Below, piece by piece: positions 1 through 12,496 of a DNA stretch of 64,000 bases. A program made the position numbers and the translations under genes. This DNA comes from Microthyrium microscopicum (lineage: Eukaryota). The stretch lies in NCBI GenBank assembly GCA_010405405.1, contig MU004235.1, positions 1,006,538-1,070,537 of the forward strand. Reading direction: 5' to 3'. The notes below the pieces were generated by a model. That model was given only the letters and a program-made list of their open reading frames with translations. It searched no databases and had not been told where the DNA came from. Position 1 is the first letter of the stretch; each line of letters opens with the position of its first letter.

Positions 1-210
1 GATTCTGTCATTAAATGGCTCGACTCTCAAGTAAGCCTCCCAGCAATTGACCTCAAATTTATCCATACTAAACCGGTTTGTTCAAGAGCCAGAGCTCGTC
101 ATCTGCTTCAGTAACAAGGCTAAGATTGCTGTAAACCTCATCTCCTTACGATGTATTCCAAAGACTGATTTTGGAGGGCTATTCCTCATGCTCTAAGGAA
201 CAGGGAGAGC

Positions 211-1594
211 TTGCTACCATTGCCTATCTCTAAAACGCTCTTTCATGATATTTCGACCGCTATGCAACTTTGCCCATCTTATTTACAGGCTCTGAGCTCT
301 GGAATGGCGACTTACCTACGCTCGTGTTCTCCATTGAGTGATGATCGCTGGAAGTGTGCCAGTAAGTCATGCCGAGGACTCTTGAATGGCGTCGAGCGCA
401 GGCTAATAATGTTTTTATTAGAGTTTATCTTCCAAGAAAACTCATATAGCTCTTGTCCCTTCAGCATCGCTATCACCTATAAAGGTTCTGAATGCCGCGT
501 TGACGCTCTAATGTTTGGAGCCCCTTTTGTCACTCCACTAGGCGTGTATGATACTCTGATGCTAGAGATCTTTCAATATTTGAATGCGACAAGCCCTCTG
601 ATAGCTGGACCAATGCTACTGCCAATTATGATCAAGGAGCTGATGGTCAAAATCTGGACTGGATATGTTGATCAATGCCACCAAGAATTATTCGATGTCG
701 AATTGGCTACCAGAATGAGAAAGGGCCTAGCCAATGTTCCGTATGCCTCCATAACTGATGATACTGTTCCAGAACTAGGATCCATCGACCTCGTCGATAT
801 TACTCGATCCTTGAACAGTACCTTAACCAAGATAGCATTCTCGAGTATGCAGTGCCAGTCTTCAAGGCGAGTTCTAAGTTTTGTATCTGATATGAACAGC
901 GACTTTCAGATGAATGTAGCCACTGCTGAACTTTCTCTCCAATCCTTACAGGCACACCTTCAAGCCAAAGTGGAGCATCTGCAAAGCTGGTTCGAGGGTA
1001 TTGAGGCCCGCTGCATTTATTTGACGCAAAGAGCTCAAGCGCAAACACAAACCGTAGGTGTTCCAGAAAGCCACCTTCTCCAATGTGACGCTGATCAATT
1101 TCAAGGTCTACAGTCTCATTGCGCAACGCGATAATGCTGTCAATTTGCGAATTGCGGAGGCTTCGAGAAGTCTTGCAGAGGCCAGTAGACGAGACAACAC
1201 CGCAATGAAAGCAATCGCAGAAGACTCCAAAATTGTAGCTCTTGCTACAGCAAGAGATAGTGCTTCTATGCGTATCATTGCCATCGTCACCATACTGTTT
1301 CTGCCTGCCACATTCACTGCTGTTAGTTTTAACCCTTAGAACATGCCAATTTCATTGATCTAGTACTAACGTGCGGAATTAAAGGCTTTGTTTAGTACAA
1401 GCTTCTTCGATTTCCATCCTCGTAACCCGAGTAAGGTGGTGTCGACATGGGTATGGCTCTACTGTGCAGTAACAGCACTCTTGACATTGCTTATCCAAGG
1501 ATTCTGGTATTACACCTCAAGAAGAAAAGAGAGAGAAATTTCAGAAGGCATATCGATGAGACATATCACCAGGAATGCACGCAATACAACATAG
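211..1594 (+). CDS. Fungal CorA-like / two-TM C-terminal domain protein (multi-exon; 5' end uncertain, may start before 211 or outside the window)
   Basis: Joining across introns 1054-1105 and 1322-1384 gives RAQAQTQT|VYSLIAQRDN...DSASMRIIAIVTILFLPATFTA|ALFSTSFF...WVWLYCAVTALLT, the typical CorA-like fungal C-terminus. A further probable intron lies at 362-421. Confidence 0.75.
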
Positions 1595-2474
1595 GTGCTA
1601 ACGGTGCCGTCCAACGCATATCTCAACCAAATTCGATATGAGATGGGAGTAAGAGCGCAGCTCTCCTACCTGAACTAAGGGAAGCCTTATTTATATTACC
1701 AATTGTAGTAATGATAGCTAAGCTCTTGTGTAAAAGAGATTAGCCACGGGGTAGGCAGGATACCTCATTCCACGCATGTATAAATGCGGTGAATCATCAA
1801 AGAATCCTCTCAATTAACAGCTTTTTGACAAAGGCATATGCCAAAAAGTACCAGACATATCAGGACATCTGATGACAGAATATGAGCCGGGTGATTTTCG
1901 ATGTGATGTGGATAACTGCCAGAATAGATTGCTGTTTGCCATATGAAAGTCACATCTAGGAGCCGTCAGTGGAACATAGAATCGGAACTGGACTTTCCGC
2001 AAGATTTTCCTGTCGATGAACTAAAATGGCTATTCCTAATAACGATATTTTAAGCAAGCATTTCTGATAAAGACTTGGCTGTGGCTGGAGTTCATACGAA
2101 GGCAGTATTCTGCTGACCTTGGCTACTTGGCAGCACTGCTCAACGAATCCAATCAATCACTTGAACTTCTCACAAAATCTAATACTTGTATACTGGTGAG
2201 ATCTACTGTCTGACGGCTAGCATGGCCCTAGGAAATGCTGAGCCAGGTCTCCTTAGCAGGCGTGGCACTTCGTTTTTGAGAGAAGCTGGAATCGAAATGC
2301 TATAAATCATGTCAATCTTTGCCCTAAATGTTGAATTCAAACACGACTTGCCTCAATTCACTTCATACAGCTACCTGTCTAAGCCAGCCTTTAAGCTTCT
2401 TTCCTCCAGTCATTCAAATCTACTTGGAACTCAGATACCTGAGACACTCAGCACCAATCAACATGTTGACAACA

Positions 2475-3062
2475 ATGAACATCGTTGCCAGTTTACTGCT
2501 CATGCCGATATCTAATCTTGCAGCAGCGCTTCCAGCTGTAAGTACCCAGGTCAGCCGTAATAGTTCATCCATGAATATTTTGACCGCCATGTCCATTCTC
2601 CCACGCACCTCATGAAGCTAATCCATCTAGAAATCCCTCGAGCGTCGCGCCGATGACTCAGCCATAGTCAGTCTTTGCATTGACTTTGGTGGTACTGGAG
2701 TCAATTGCAAGGACATTATGCTCGGCCCAGACGCCTTCGACAACATCTCTGACGTATTTGGGACCGTCTTTGAACCCGATCAAGGGGCTGTGAATGCTTT
2801 CTTGGGCGGTGCGCCATCCTCCGCGACTCTGAAAACTGAGGGCATCTCTTGCACTTTTGGCAGCCAGACTGTGACAAATTTTCTGGCGTTTGATACAGGT
2901 GTCAACTGTGGAGGAGACACAATTCAAATTGACAGCAAGTCCGGGTGAGAACATCTCTTTGGCTATCATTCTATTATGATACTAACAAGCTCTAGTCAGC
3001 TTGATTTTCCTGGTGCACTTAACGACAACCTTGCTTGTATCCATTGCGATATTGTAGGCTGA
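2475..3062 (+). CDS. Small secreted cysteine-containing protein with Kex2-type propeptide (beta/gamma-crystallin-like fold suspected)
   Basis: MNIVASLLLMPISNLAAALPA| intron 2538(or 2550)-2630 |KSLERR-ADDSAIVSLCIDFGGTGVNCK...KSG| intron 2945-2995 |QLDFPGALNDNLACIHCDIVG*. Six Cys in the mature part. Alternative ATG at 2463. Confidence 0.75.
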
Positions 3063-3558
3063 AGACAAGGGCCATGGTCCGATTGTCGAAAATAGGTTCA
3101 TATTGAGAGCGCTAGATGGTTGCATTGAATATTGCTGGTTTGTATAGGTAGTTTTTCACTTTCATCGGATCTGTTTGCGTCACTAGCTTGTATTGTCGTT
3201 AGCATGGAGTATGTGGGCAACATGGGGAATGGATGCATACGAACACCTTTTGTCTTGAAAAAGGAGTATATATAGGTCTCTAATACCAGAATGATGAGGC
3301 CTCGAATCGTTCAGTAGCATGCTTGCAAGTCTAAATCACATTTTCTTCTAGCTAAATCAAAGATTATGTGTTAAATTTTGCAGGGAAACACTATGTTTGA
3401 TACTGTATACGTCTATTTAGGTTGGCAAATACTCTCTTATAGAGATTGAGTAGAGGAGGGTATGATATTAGCCTCACAATCATTATTTCTTCTCTCTTTG
3501 CGCATGTCGCATTTACCTGTGACAATTTATTGTTTGACTTCGATATCTGGCATTAGTA

Positions 3559-4538
3559 TTATGACGAAAGTCCGTTCATCGTGTTTTGGGCATTCATCTC
3601 CTGCCCCTGACCAAAATAGTCCACAAGTACAACATTAGGTTGCTTCCCCCAACTCCCTACACAAAGATCCGCCTGCGCACCAATTGATCCAGTTCCTGTC
3701 GCAGCATTGGTCTTGCCAGCATCAGCACGATCTGGAACTAGTACACTTGTTGCTGGTATCTTCATGTCGAGGAAGTGATTCACAATGTACATGCTTGATT
3801 TTCCATCGTTGTCTGCCTTGTTCTGTCTGTCCATGGTACACTGGGCAAAATTGGGATCGGTAGTATCAAATGGGGTTTCGAAAAAGTAGTTGAACTCGTC
3901 AAGGAGATAAGGTACTGTCTTTTCATCTGCACCATAATCTATCCGGGATTAGTCTTTCGTTGAGAACCAGTCACTGGAGACTTACCAATGAACACCACAA
4001 GCCTAGTACCAGCAGTTATCATATCTCCAAGCGTTGGCCAGCTATCCATTGGCATAGGATTTGGACTGGTCGATGGTATGAATTTGTATTTATCGGCGCC
4101 GACTGCCTTGAAGATAGAGTCGAAGATAGACATAGCGATCTTGTCTCCGTTGGTCAAAAGCAGTGTGACAACCTCATTTGGGTTATTGTCCAACCACGTC
4201 TTGACTGTCTGAACGTAGGCTTGAACCTTGCCGGAATTCTCCTCCCAACATGATGTGTGGCACATATATTGACTGTTAAGAAAGGAGTGTGTCTGCGCCG
4301 TAAGGAATCGTACGCCGCTGTTCAGCTGATCGGATACTGATTTAAGTTGATTCTGGGTAGGGAGTTGTCCAACGAAGGCAGAGTCATGAGCGCCAACGAA
4401 TGAAACATTGGAATATTTTCGATCACAGAGTGCAGCTTGTCCATTGCATATTGTGGCTCTCTTCTGGGTTGGAGCGGCCAGCGCAGAAGAAGAGAAGGAA
4501 GCCAAAAGTGATATCGTGCGAAGAAGAGACAGCTTCAT
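3559..4538 (-). CDS. Secreted PLC-like phosphodiesterase (PI-PLC X domain-like)
   Basis: Signal peptide; CNG...LCDRKYSNVSFVGAHDS, GVRFLTAQTH, CHTSC, WLDNNPNEVVTLL, WPTLGDMI motifs. Intron 3939-3985 joins to DYGAD...YLLDEF. Confidence 0.9.
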
Positions 4539-6037
4539 CGTGAAGAAGTATTAGAATTAGGTTGTATTAAAGAAAGGTAAGAGAGTGATGAACAAGCTGA
4601 ACTCCCAACTTAGGCAACGTAACGGTTTGATTGATTTATATTGATTCTCTACGTTCACAACAACGCGCCTTTCGCCTTTCACTCTTTAATCATGTTACAA
4701 GTGTAAAATGGTGCTCAGATCTGTGTAATCCAGTCACTCCATGAGTTCCTGTCAAAGACAAGGCTGTAAAAAGGGGCGTAATTCCTGACCGCTGACTGGC
4801 TGCCAAATTTAAATGCGCGCCAGTCAAAACGGTGTTTCAGGGGTTGCAAACATCCGCAACCTCTCAACTCCACTAAATCGATCTTCACTCCTTTCAACTT
4901 CACCTTCCTTATTTGCCTGGCCACAGCCAAGACGAAATGACTATTTCGGAGAGGGTCCAGTTGTTTGAGGTCCACGATAGCGGGTAACCTATGCGGACCG
5001 GCCCTGCCACCATTGGTCGCCGCATTGCGCCCAACTTCAGCCCTTTGGAGAACTCGGCGAGTCTACAGAACAACCGCGCTGTTATTTTCGGAGCCAGCTC
5101 CGTCAGATCAACATCACGCCCTCTCTATAGCATCTACCGGTCTTTTAGCTCCAGCCGGCATGTTTGTGTCATGCGTAGGTTGGCATCAGGCTTTGGAGTT
5201 TCACCAAGTGGTGGAGGGACAAATCCTGGTCGATAAATGTAACCTCATGAACACCACAATGCCCAGGTACCTTGAGCTCGTTGCTGCAGCTCTTATATCA
5301 CTAGCAGGACCCATGAACCAGACAAATACTAGCAGTGTATATGACCAGGGAGTACTCCAAGACCTCAAAGCGCAATACTCCAGTTCAGGCGGTCGACATG
5401 CTGCAATGGAAACCATATTTTTCTTTCCCTGGATGCGGCACATTGAGTTGAAAGGATTCTCAGTCCAAAAGTATCGCATGCAATGGGAAGCATGCATTGC
5501 GATAGATTCTAGAACACACACAAGGTGGAAACACATTGCGTTGAGAGACGGATCCCTTTGAGAAGTGATAACAACACTTTATGGTAAACGCCGAAAAAGT
5601 TAACATATCAACAATTTGTCTAGGCACCCAATTTCATACTCGAGTGCCTTACCGACTGAGTGTTTCCTGTCGAAACCTCTTCTCCCCTTTCCTAACTGGG
5701 AAGTTTCTCCTGTTAGGCTTCACTCCTTCCTATTGCTGAATACCTCGATCTCTTTACGGGCATATTCTTATGGTTATACGCTATGCTTCTTTTATCTACA
5801 CCCAACAAAGCAATGAGATAGTGAGCATTAAACATATATAAGCAGCCTTGGAACCTAGCAGTGAAGATTTAGACTGATATGAGTATATCCTCTTACATTC
5901 TTGATTAGCTCCCTTACTCGTTTACTACCTGTGTACCACTTCGAAAGTTCTACTTCGCCACGCTGGATTTGCCTCTGTCTTTTACGATATTTCAAGGCCA
6001 TCTGCACATTTCTTACTCCCCTTAAGAACACACCAGC

Positions 6038-7926
6038 ATGTCAGACCTGGGGTCAGACTCAGACTCAGATGCGGACATTGAGCTACCCGCTCTACCATCG
6101 GAACTCACAGATGATCCGGAGCTCCTCGCTGCAGCTACAGCGGATCTCACCAAGCACAAATACAAGCCCCGACCACGAACCTCGTTCAAGGCACGGCAGC
6201 TGCCCAATCCAGCAACATCACTCACGGAACAAGACCCAGCTCTTGGAGCCTATTTCGTCATTGATCGAACAACATTAAACCAGAAAGAGATCCGATCAGG
6301 TTGCATCTACCACATGCACATGCATTTAGAAGGGGATGCCTACTTCCGCGTGCTTCGCCTACTAGAATCAGCAGATGCACATTCAAGAATACTGGCACAA
6401 GGCCACATCTTCCTAGCGACGAAAGCCTTTGACGGACTCTTTCCAATTGTGAAGAAGGAAGTGGTACTTCTGGCGGATACCCTTTATGGCCTAAAAGAGC
6501 CAGCAAGAACGCAGGCTATCGAAACGATTCCGATTACTGAGCTTGGTGAGGAAGTGAGTATTCGTTTCTTCCAGGCAGATGACACGCCAGCCAATGCTCC
6601 GGGGCTTGGCCTTTTTTGTCGCCGGATATTCTTCCGATTGTGGCGAAGTCTCAAATACTACGTGGGCACTCGGACGATTGCCTGGGGAGGTGTCATTCGA
6701 TCCCTAAATCCGAAAGAAGTGTTCGAGCTAAGCGGTATCCTACATGGACCTATTCAACGTGTTCGTCTAAAAGCACCACATGACGGCTCACACACATTTG
6801 CTGACGTTTGCCATGGCACGGGCGGAGCCACAGAAGCTGCCAAGTTAGCTGGTCTGCAACCAAGCTTTGCGATTGACATCGACAAGATACGCAGTGCCAC
6901 TTACCGAAGAAATAATGAGGATATCATGGACGAAGACGATATCATATGTGAAGATGTCTTTAATCTCAACACAGTCTATTTGGGTCAGCGCATCGATGTT
7001 CTGCACTGTTCGTTCCCTTGCAAAGTTTGGTCATGGCGCAAGATTTGGCCGACAAAGATGGACGAACGTAACCGAGCAATCGTTTTCGAATGGTACAAAG
7101 TTCTCAACCTGATTCGACCAAGGCAAGCTACCATGGAGCAAGTTGATGGAATGGTCCTCAGTCGAAAGCATACGCTATCGTTCTTCCGACTGATACGAGA
7201 TACTCTGGCCAATACAAGCATGAAAGTGGCTTGGTATGTTCACGAGTTATGTGATCATGGTAAGCTCTATCCTTGTCTTCAAAGAAGAGGAGCCAGGCTC
7301 TCAATTCCTAGACACTGCTGTAGTGTTGCGTCATTCGAGGAACAGATACTCGTGGTAATATTTCAATACTGATATCCGAATTAGGTCTACCATCGCGCCG
7401 TCGACGACTGTTGCTAACCGCCTCACGTCCTGACGAGTACATTCCAGCATTTGCGCCTGCAACACATGGACCGCGAGCCAAGCGTCCCTGGTTCTTACCT
7501 CGAGATGCGCTTAGAAACATACCTGAAGGTATTCCCCATCATGACATCACGGATGAGGTTCGGCGTCCTATCCCAAACTCCAAGCCAATACCATGGGATA
7601 CACTAAGCCCTACAGTCGTGTGTTCAGGAAGCAATATTCATCCCGACGGAACAAGACGGCTTACAATTCGCGAGTGGTTGCGTCTTCAGCGCTTCCCGGA
7701 CACTTTCGAGTTAGTGGGTACTTATGCCGAAGCTGTTCGACAAATTGGGGATGCTGTTCCCCCAATCCCTTTCTCACAGGTCTTGAACCTTGTTAGAAAA
7801 GCCTTGCAAAGCCGAGATGGTCCGGAGGGTACGGTTCCATGTCGTTCAATCTATGATGAGGACATCTTGCCAGTCAAGGAAGCGGACTATCCTTCTGTGT
7901 TCCGTCATCCTGCGTACTGTGCATGA
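6038..7926 (+). CDS. rid: RID/Masc1-family C5 DNA cytosine methyltransferase (divergent), ~587 aa
   Basis: Intron 7260-7384 restores the frame. Motif I FADVCHGTGG, IV HCSFPC, VI MEQVDG (EQx type as in RID/Masc1, not ENV), VIII GLPSRRRRL, IX HPDGTRRLTIREWLRLQRFP, X QIGDAVPP. RID-like N-terminal region. Confidence 0.8.
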
Positions 7927-8441
7927 GGAATCTTTTCGAGTTCCACGTGCTGGCGATGAGACGAGTTGGTTATTCGTTATTGCTGTTTTGTTTTGTCGGA
8001 GCAATTACTTTTCTACATCCAAAAAGTGTTTGCCATCTGGCGCCCTGTTCGTTATAGTTCTCTCGAAATACAAGAGACGGCGGAGTTTGACTTATCCAGT
8101 ACTTGCTGCAGTTTGCTTTGATTCAGTGATCGGAATATGCATCATTTCTCAAGGCCAAAAAAGCTTTATCTTTGCTTGCAAGTTGCCTGATTACTTCATC
8201 CTGCTTTGTGATCCCACTTGTGACAGCAACAAAAATCCAGCGAGATATGAGCGGTAATGAGGACGAGGAGTCATACGAGATCGAGCGAGGAGTCGATTAG
8301 AATAGATCATTTTCAATGCACCATGACATTCATGAATTCAAGCAGCCTCAGCCGCCATCGTGAATTTTGTATGTGAACCCGAAAGCAGACCCGAGGGTAC
8401 AAAAACTCCAGCCATGACAATGAAGCAGCACCACCCCACAC

Positions 8442-9110
8442 TTAACGAGTGTTTGCCTGCACCTTTGTTTGAGCACCCTTTGCGCCCTGCTTGCTCTGGA
8501 TTCGTTGTCCCTTGGATGCTCCTGATGCCAACTTTGCCTTGTCTGCCTTCTTCTTCTTTTCCGTCTCGGCCTTCTTGTCCTTTGCGTCCTTGATGGCGGC
8601 ACTGCGGGCAGCGGCGCGGGCTTCGGGTCGCTGAGAGCGGCGCTCTTTGATGACGTCGAGGGATGCACCGACGATGGCGCGCTGGTGCTTGACGGTACGA
8701 CGGGTTCGCTTCTTGGCTACTTCCTGTAGATTGAGCGCTGTCAGCATTTATTCTGAGCGAGCACCCGATTATCTTTTGCAATGTCCATTCCATGACCTCC
8801 ATCGATAGTCCAAGTGACAGATGTGACTAACCTCCGAGATACCCTTCTTGTGTTGTCGGCGGAAGAGGACGGTCCAAGCGATACGACGTGGGTTCTTGCG
8901 CTGTAGAAATAGCGATTCGGATTTGCCGTTCTGGAATCGGAAGATTTTGTTGTCGCCGCGGACGTAGAGTTTACCCTGAAGAGCGATGAGGCGTTAGTGT
9001 TGGACTTATGAACCGATTGTCGCACCAAAAGAGCGTAATTCGTCGCGTAGATAGCTTACCTTGCCAGGGTAAATCTTCGTACCGCTGAAGGTATCTTCGT
9101 AGGTTCTCAT
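8442..9110 (-). CDS. RPL24: 60S ribosomal protein L24 (eL24)
   Basis: [52 protein letters not shown]...|[22 protein letters not shown]. Introns 8976-9059 and 8724-8831. Confidence 0.97.
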
Positions 9111-9406
9111 TTTGGCGGGATGAGAGCGTTAAGTTGGGATGTAGTTGGCGTCTTCAAGGTGTAGTTGCGTCGACGTCCCCCAATTTGATGTGTGATGCCA
9201 AGAAACCGCAATATGACCGGATCAACGAAAGTCCGCCCCGCTATTGCCTTAGCGCCACTTCACGTTTCTGCCTCAACAACGCCTTCTGCCTTACTGCCTG
9301 AAGCCGAGGGTATCGAATGTTCCCAACTCCAAGCTACATCAACACCTTTTAAATCCCACTTCCACCACCTCGATTTCACCCAATCTCCACTCAATTGACT
9401 GTCAAA

Positions 9407-10213
9407 ATGCTTATGCGTCGTTCCGCTACGGCGCTTTTGCGTCAAGCTCGTCCACGAGTGCCAATTGCCGCCAGATCCTTCCAAACCTCCCTCATTCGAC
9501 GTACGATTTTCCCATATTGTTCGACCCATTGTACCGAAAGCTAACGCTGGAATCATACAGGAGATGCTCGCGGAAAGGATGGCATAATAACTTCGACCGA
9601 ACCCGTCGATTTGTCGAACATGAAGACTCTCGGAGGTCCGTTGAGCCCAATTACACTCGATGTACAATATCGGTCTCGGTACTGACGGTTGTGCAGAGAT
9701 TAAGGCAGACGAGGACCTTCTTCCAGTCGGTGCTCCAGTTGGTACTGTGCCTACCGAACTCAACCAGGCCACCGGTCTCGAGCGTTTGGAAATCTTAGGA
9801 AAGATTGAGGGTGTTGATATCTGGGACATGCGACCATTAGACACATCGAGAAAAGGTGAGGAATATGCTGAGTTGCTGAGGGACGCAGGCTAAATCGAAT
9901 TTCTAGGAACGATGGATAACCCCGTTGTTGTCAAGTCTTTTGGTGAGGAGCAATACGTCGGATGCACCGGTGTCCCAGCCGACACGCACGAGCAGCACTG
10001 GATGGTCATTTCAAGAGATCGCCCTTTCGAGCGATGCACTGATTGCGGAAATGTGATCAAGATGGAGTATACTGGCCCAGATGACCCACATCGTAAGTCT
10101 TCGTATACTTGCGCAAATACACTTTTTAATGCTGTTTAGATGGACATCCCCCAGTCAAGTATGAGCCAGAGAGCTTCGCCGACTACGTCAAGCCAGATTA
10201 CCATTACAAGTAG
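9407..10213 (+). CDS. COX4: Cytochrome c oxidase subunit IV (COX5B family), mitochondrial
   Basis: Arg-rich presequence; GTVPTELNQATGLERLEILGK, GCTG...H..W, RCTDCG zinc ligands. Introns 9501-9560, 9636-9696, 9856-9906, 10093-10139. Confidence 0.95.
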
Positions 10214-10359
10214 ATACCAAAGCGAGTCACTTCAATGTTAGAATTACGTTGTAACTATGGCGACCGAGTAAACCATGTATGTAAAACTCAGTAGAACATG
10301 CCCAATCGGCATTTTGGTTTCATTATCAATATCTTGTACAAAAAGAGTTTGTTTCAAGA

Positions 10360-11925
10360 TTATCCAGAAGCTGGTTCGTCGGCGTCTGTCTTTTGCGGAT
10401 TTCCCCGTGAGCCCCCGTCCAAGATCCAATCCTCATTATCCTCTTGAGAGTCCTGAACCCTTCGCCAATTGCTAGCATTAGTACGTTCAGTCTCCTTGCC
10501 TTTGCCCTTAGCATCAACTCGAGCTACAGGTTTAATGAGCTGGCCCAGCAATGGGTTACTGCCAAAACTACGTCCGTCCGTTATGGTCATTTTCTGCACA
10601 GGCAAGTTATCCTCGACTTCGTCCTCTGGTGTCCGCGGTCTCTCCACAGCTGCCATTCTGCGGACAACCTTCCCGCCCACAAGATCAAGACTAGCCACCA
10701 CCTTTTTTTTCTCCCATTCCGGTCTAGTAGCCCATTCCTGTTCCCTAAGTGCCTTCTGCTGCTTTCGTAACTGCATCGCCCGCTCCGCTGGAGTTGCCCA
10801 CGCGTTCAGCCCCGCCGACGGCGTCTCAAAGTCAGCCGCCTCGTCGTGAACTCTTGTCCGCTTCGCGTTGTGTGCCTGGTAGTTGAGCAGTTTGTCCCGA
10901 TGCTGCATTGCCTCCGCCAGCTTCTCGGACGCATTGTCCGGCTCCTGTTCAGTTTTTGTAAACGGCCGTGGCGTGGCTGCTACGTCTGCACGCCGATGTG
11001 ACGCATTGTTTGCACTCATCTTCTCTTTGCCGCGCTCTTCACGCAGCACGCGGATCATGCTGTCGATTTCGGCGCCGGAGAGGAGTGGTGTCTTGCAGAA
11101 TGTGCAGGGGCCGATGCCTTCCTTGACGCAAATAATCTTGCCGCAATTTTGGCAGTTTGGTGCCGCGGCAAGTAGTTCATGACGAGTGGCCATGCAATTA
11201 CACTTGCGTTTGGCGTTCTGTTCAGCGCTATGGGAAAAGGTAGGATTTGTCTGTACTTCTAGTTCCCTGATAGCATTGTCCAGGTCAGAGAGCGCAGTGG
11301 ACGGGCCATGCATGGGCGTACCACCAGCTATAGAAACTTTGGTAGCTTTTGGCTTTGGAGCGGGACTGTTTGATCTGGACTTGGTGTCCGAAATTAGACG
11401 ACCCGCTGCGGAGGGTGGTGTTTTGTTGGCGGGAGATCTGGTTCTTGAAGGAGGCGTAGGTGCTAGAGATGATGTCTGTGATGAGTTTTGCTCTGGTTCT
11501 AGAGCGAAGAGCCCAGTGTGTGCATCTTTCCTCTTTGCTCTCTGGGGCATGTAATCATCCACATCCCTTTTCTTGTATACACCAGCACTCGCATCTCCAA
11601 ACCCTTCAACCTGTCGTACTGGAGGAAGCTTCTTTATACCACCAGCTTTCTTTTTACGTGGCCCAGGTTTTGGGACTGATGTTAACCCCTCACTACCTGC
11701 TGGCGGGGCTGCAGAAGCAGCAGCACTTGAAGCCGGCGTCCGTCGGGCATTGAACGAGGCGATGAAATCGAGGGCGGCGGGCGAGTCGCCGAGCAGTGTC
11801 TTAAGGTTCTCCGCAGCTTCATTCTGCGGCAATGAGCCTGAGTAATCTAACACTTGCTTGAGACTCTCATCGTCAAGCGGCAGTAGTTTGCGGATTTGAT
11901 TCAGGTTGTGCTCCGAGGATGCCAT
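10360..11925 (-). CDS. RQT4: C2HC5 zinc-finger protein, Rqt4/ASC-1 (TRIP4) homologue
   Basis: CNCMATRH...APNCQNCGKIIC..EG.GPCTFC zinc finger; RDKLLNY...AKRTRVHDEAADF motif. Single exon, 521 aa. Confidence 0.88.
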   Translation of the reverse strand: MASSEHNLNQIRKLLPLDDESLKQVLDYSGSLPQNEAAENLKTLLGDSPAALDFIASFNARRTPASSAAASAAPPAGSEGLTSVPKPGPRKKKAGGIKKLPPVRQVEGFGDASAGVYKKRDVDDYMPQRAKRKDAHTGLFALEPEQNSSQTSSLAPTPPSRTRSPANKTPPSAAGRLISDTKSRSNSPAPKPKATKVSIAGGTPMHGPSTALSDLDNAIRELEVQTNPTFSHSAEQNAKRKCNCMATRHELLAAAPNCQNCGKIICVKEGIGPCTFCKTPLLSGAEIDSMIRVLREERGKEKMSANNASHRRADVAATPRPFTKTEQEPDNASEKLAEAMQHRDKLLNYQAHNAKRTRVHDEAADFETPSAGLNAWATPAERAMQLRKQQKALREQEWATRPEWEKKKVVASLDLVGGKVVRRMAAVERPRTPEDEVEDNLPVQKMTITDGRSFGSNPLLGQLIKPVARVDAKGKGKETERTNASNWRRVQDSQEDNEDWILDGGSRGNPQKTDADEPASG

Positions 11926-12298
11926 GTGGAATGGAGTAGGACCTGACCCAGCTTAAAGGTTTCAGGCACCAATTACTAGCTTTTGATCCTTGATTCTTTT
12001 GCTCTTTTGCCTGAATACCTGAGTTCAGAGGGATGTAGATGGTGCTTGGGTCTTGTAGATTGAGGTTGAGAGGGATCAGGATATCGCTACTACACGCTAC
12101 CATATGTAAGCGCAAATGTTAAATTTTGAAACCTAGAACCAAATGTACTATATTAGTCATTCATTTCGTATATAATCAAATATGAAATTCAAGAACACAG
12201 CGATATCATATTTCTCATACTTGAAACTGAGGGAAGTGGCGAGGCTCACGTGATAGCGTGACAACCTCGAGATTTCTGAGGCGCGAGCTTTAACTTTA

Positions 12299-12304
12299 AC
12301 GCGT
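12299..12304. promoter_or_regulatory. MCB-like element ACGCGT upstream of SLX4
   Basis: Exact ACGCGT about 190 bp upstream of the SLX4 ATG in the divergent RQT4/SLX4 intergenic region. Confidence 0.4.
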
Positions 12305-12496
12305 CAACTGACCTTCAATCCACCTTTATGTCAGACGAGATCGATTTAGACCAGAGAACATCTCGATCTTGTCCTCCGCCCTGCTCTCAACGTACAACCA
12401 ACGAGTCGATTGGAATAGTTGTCCGGCAATAATATGCCACAAATCTACCGCATCTTCGCAAGCATTCGACCGTGACTGAGCATTCGCCACTTCACC

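Noticed and set aside
4965..5561. 198-aa ORF upstream of rid
   Set aside because: TTG start, no recognisable motif; cannot be supported as a gene.
8724..8831. Longer RPL24 intron as a possible snoRNA host
   Set aside because: No RTGATGA box C; longer introns are common in ribosomal protein genes.
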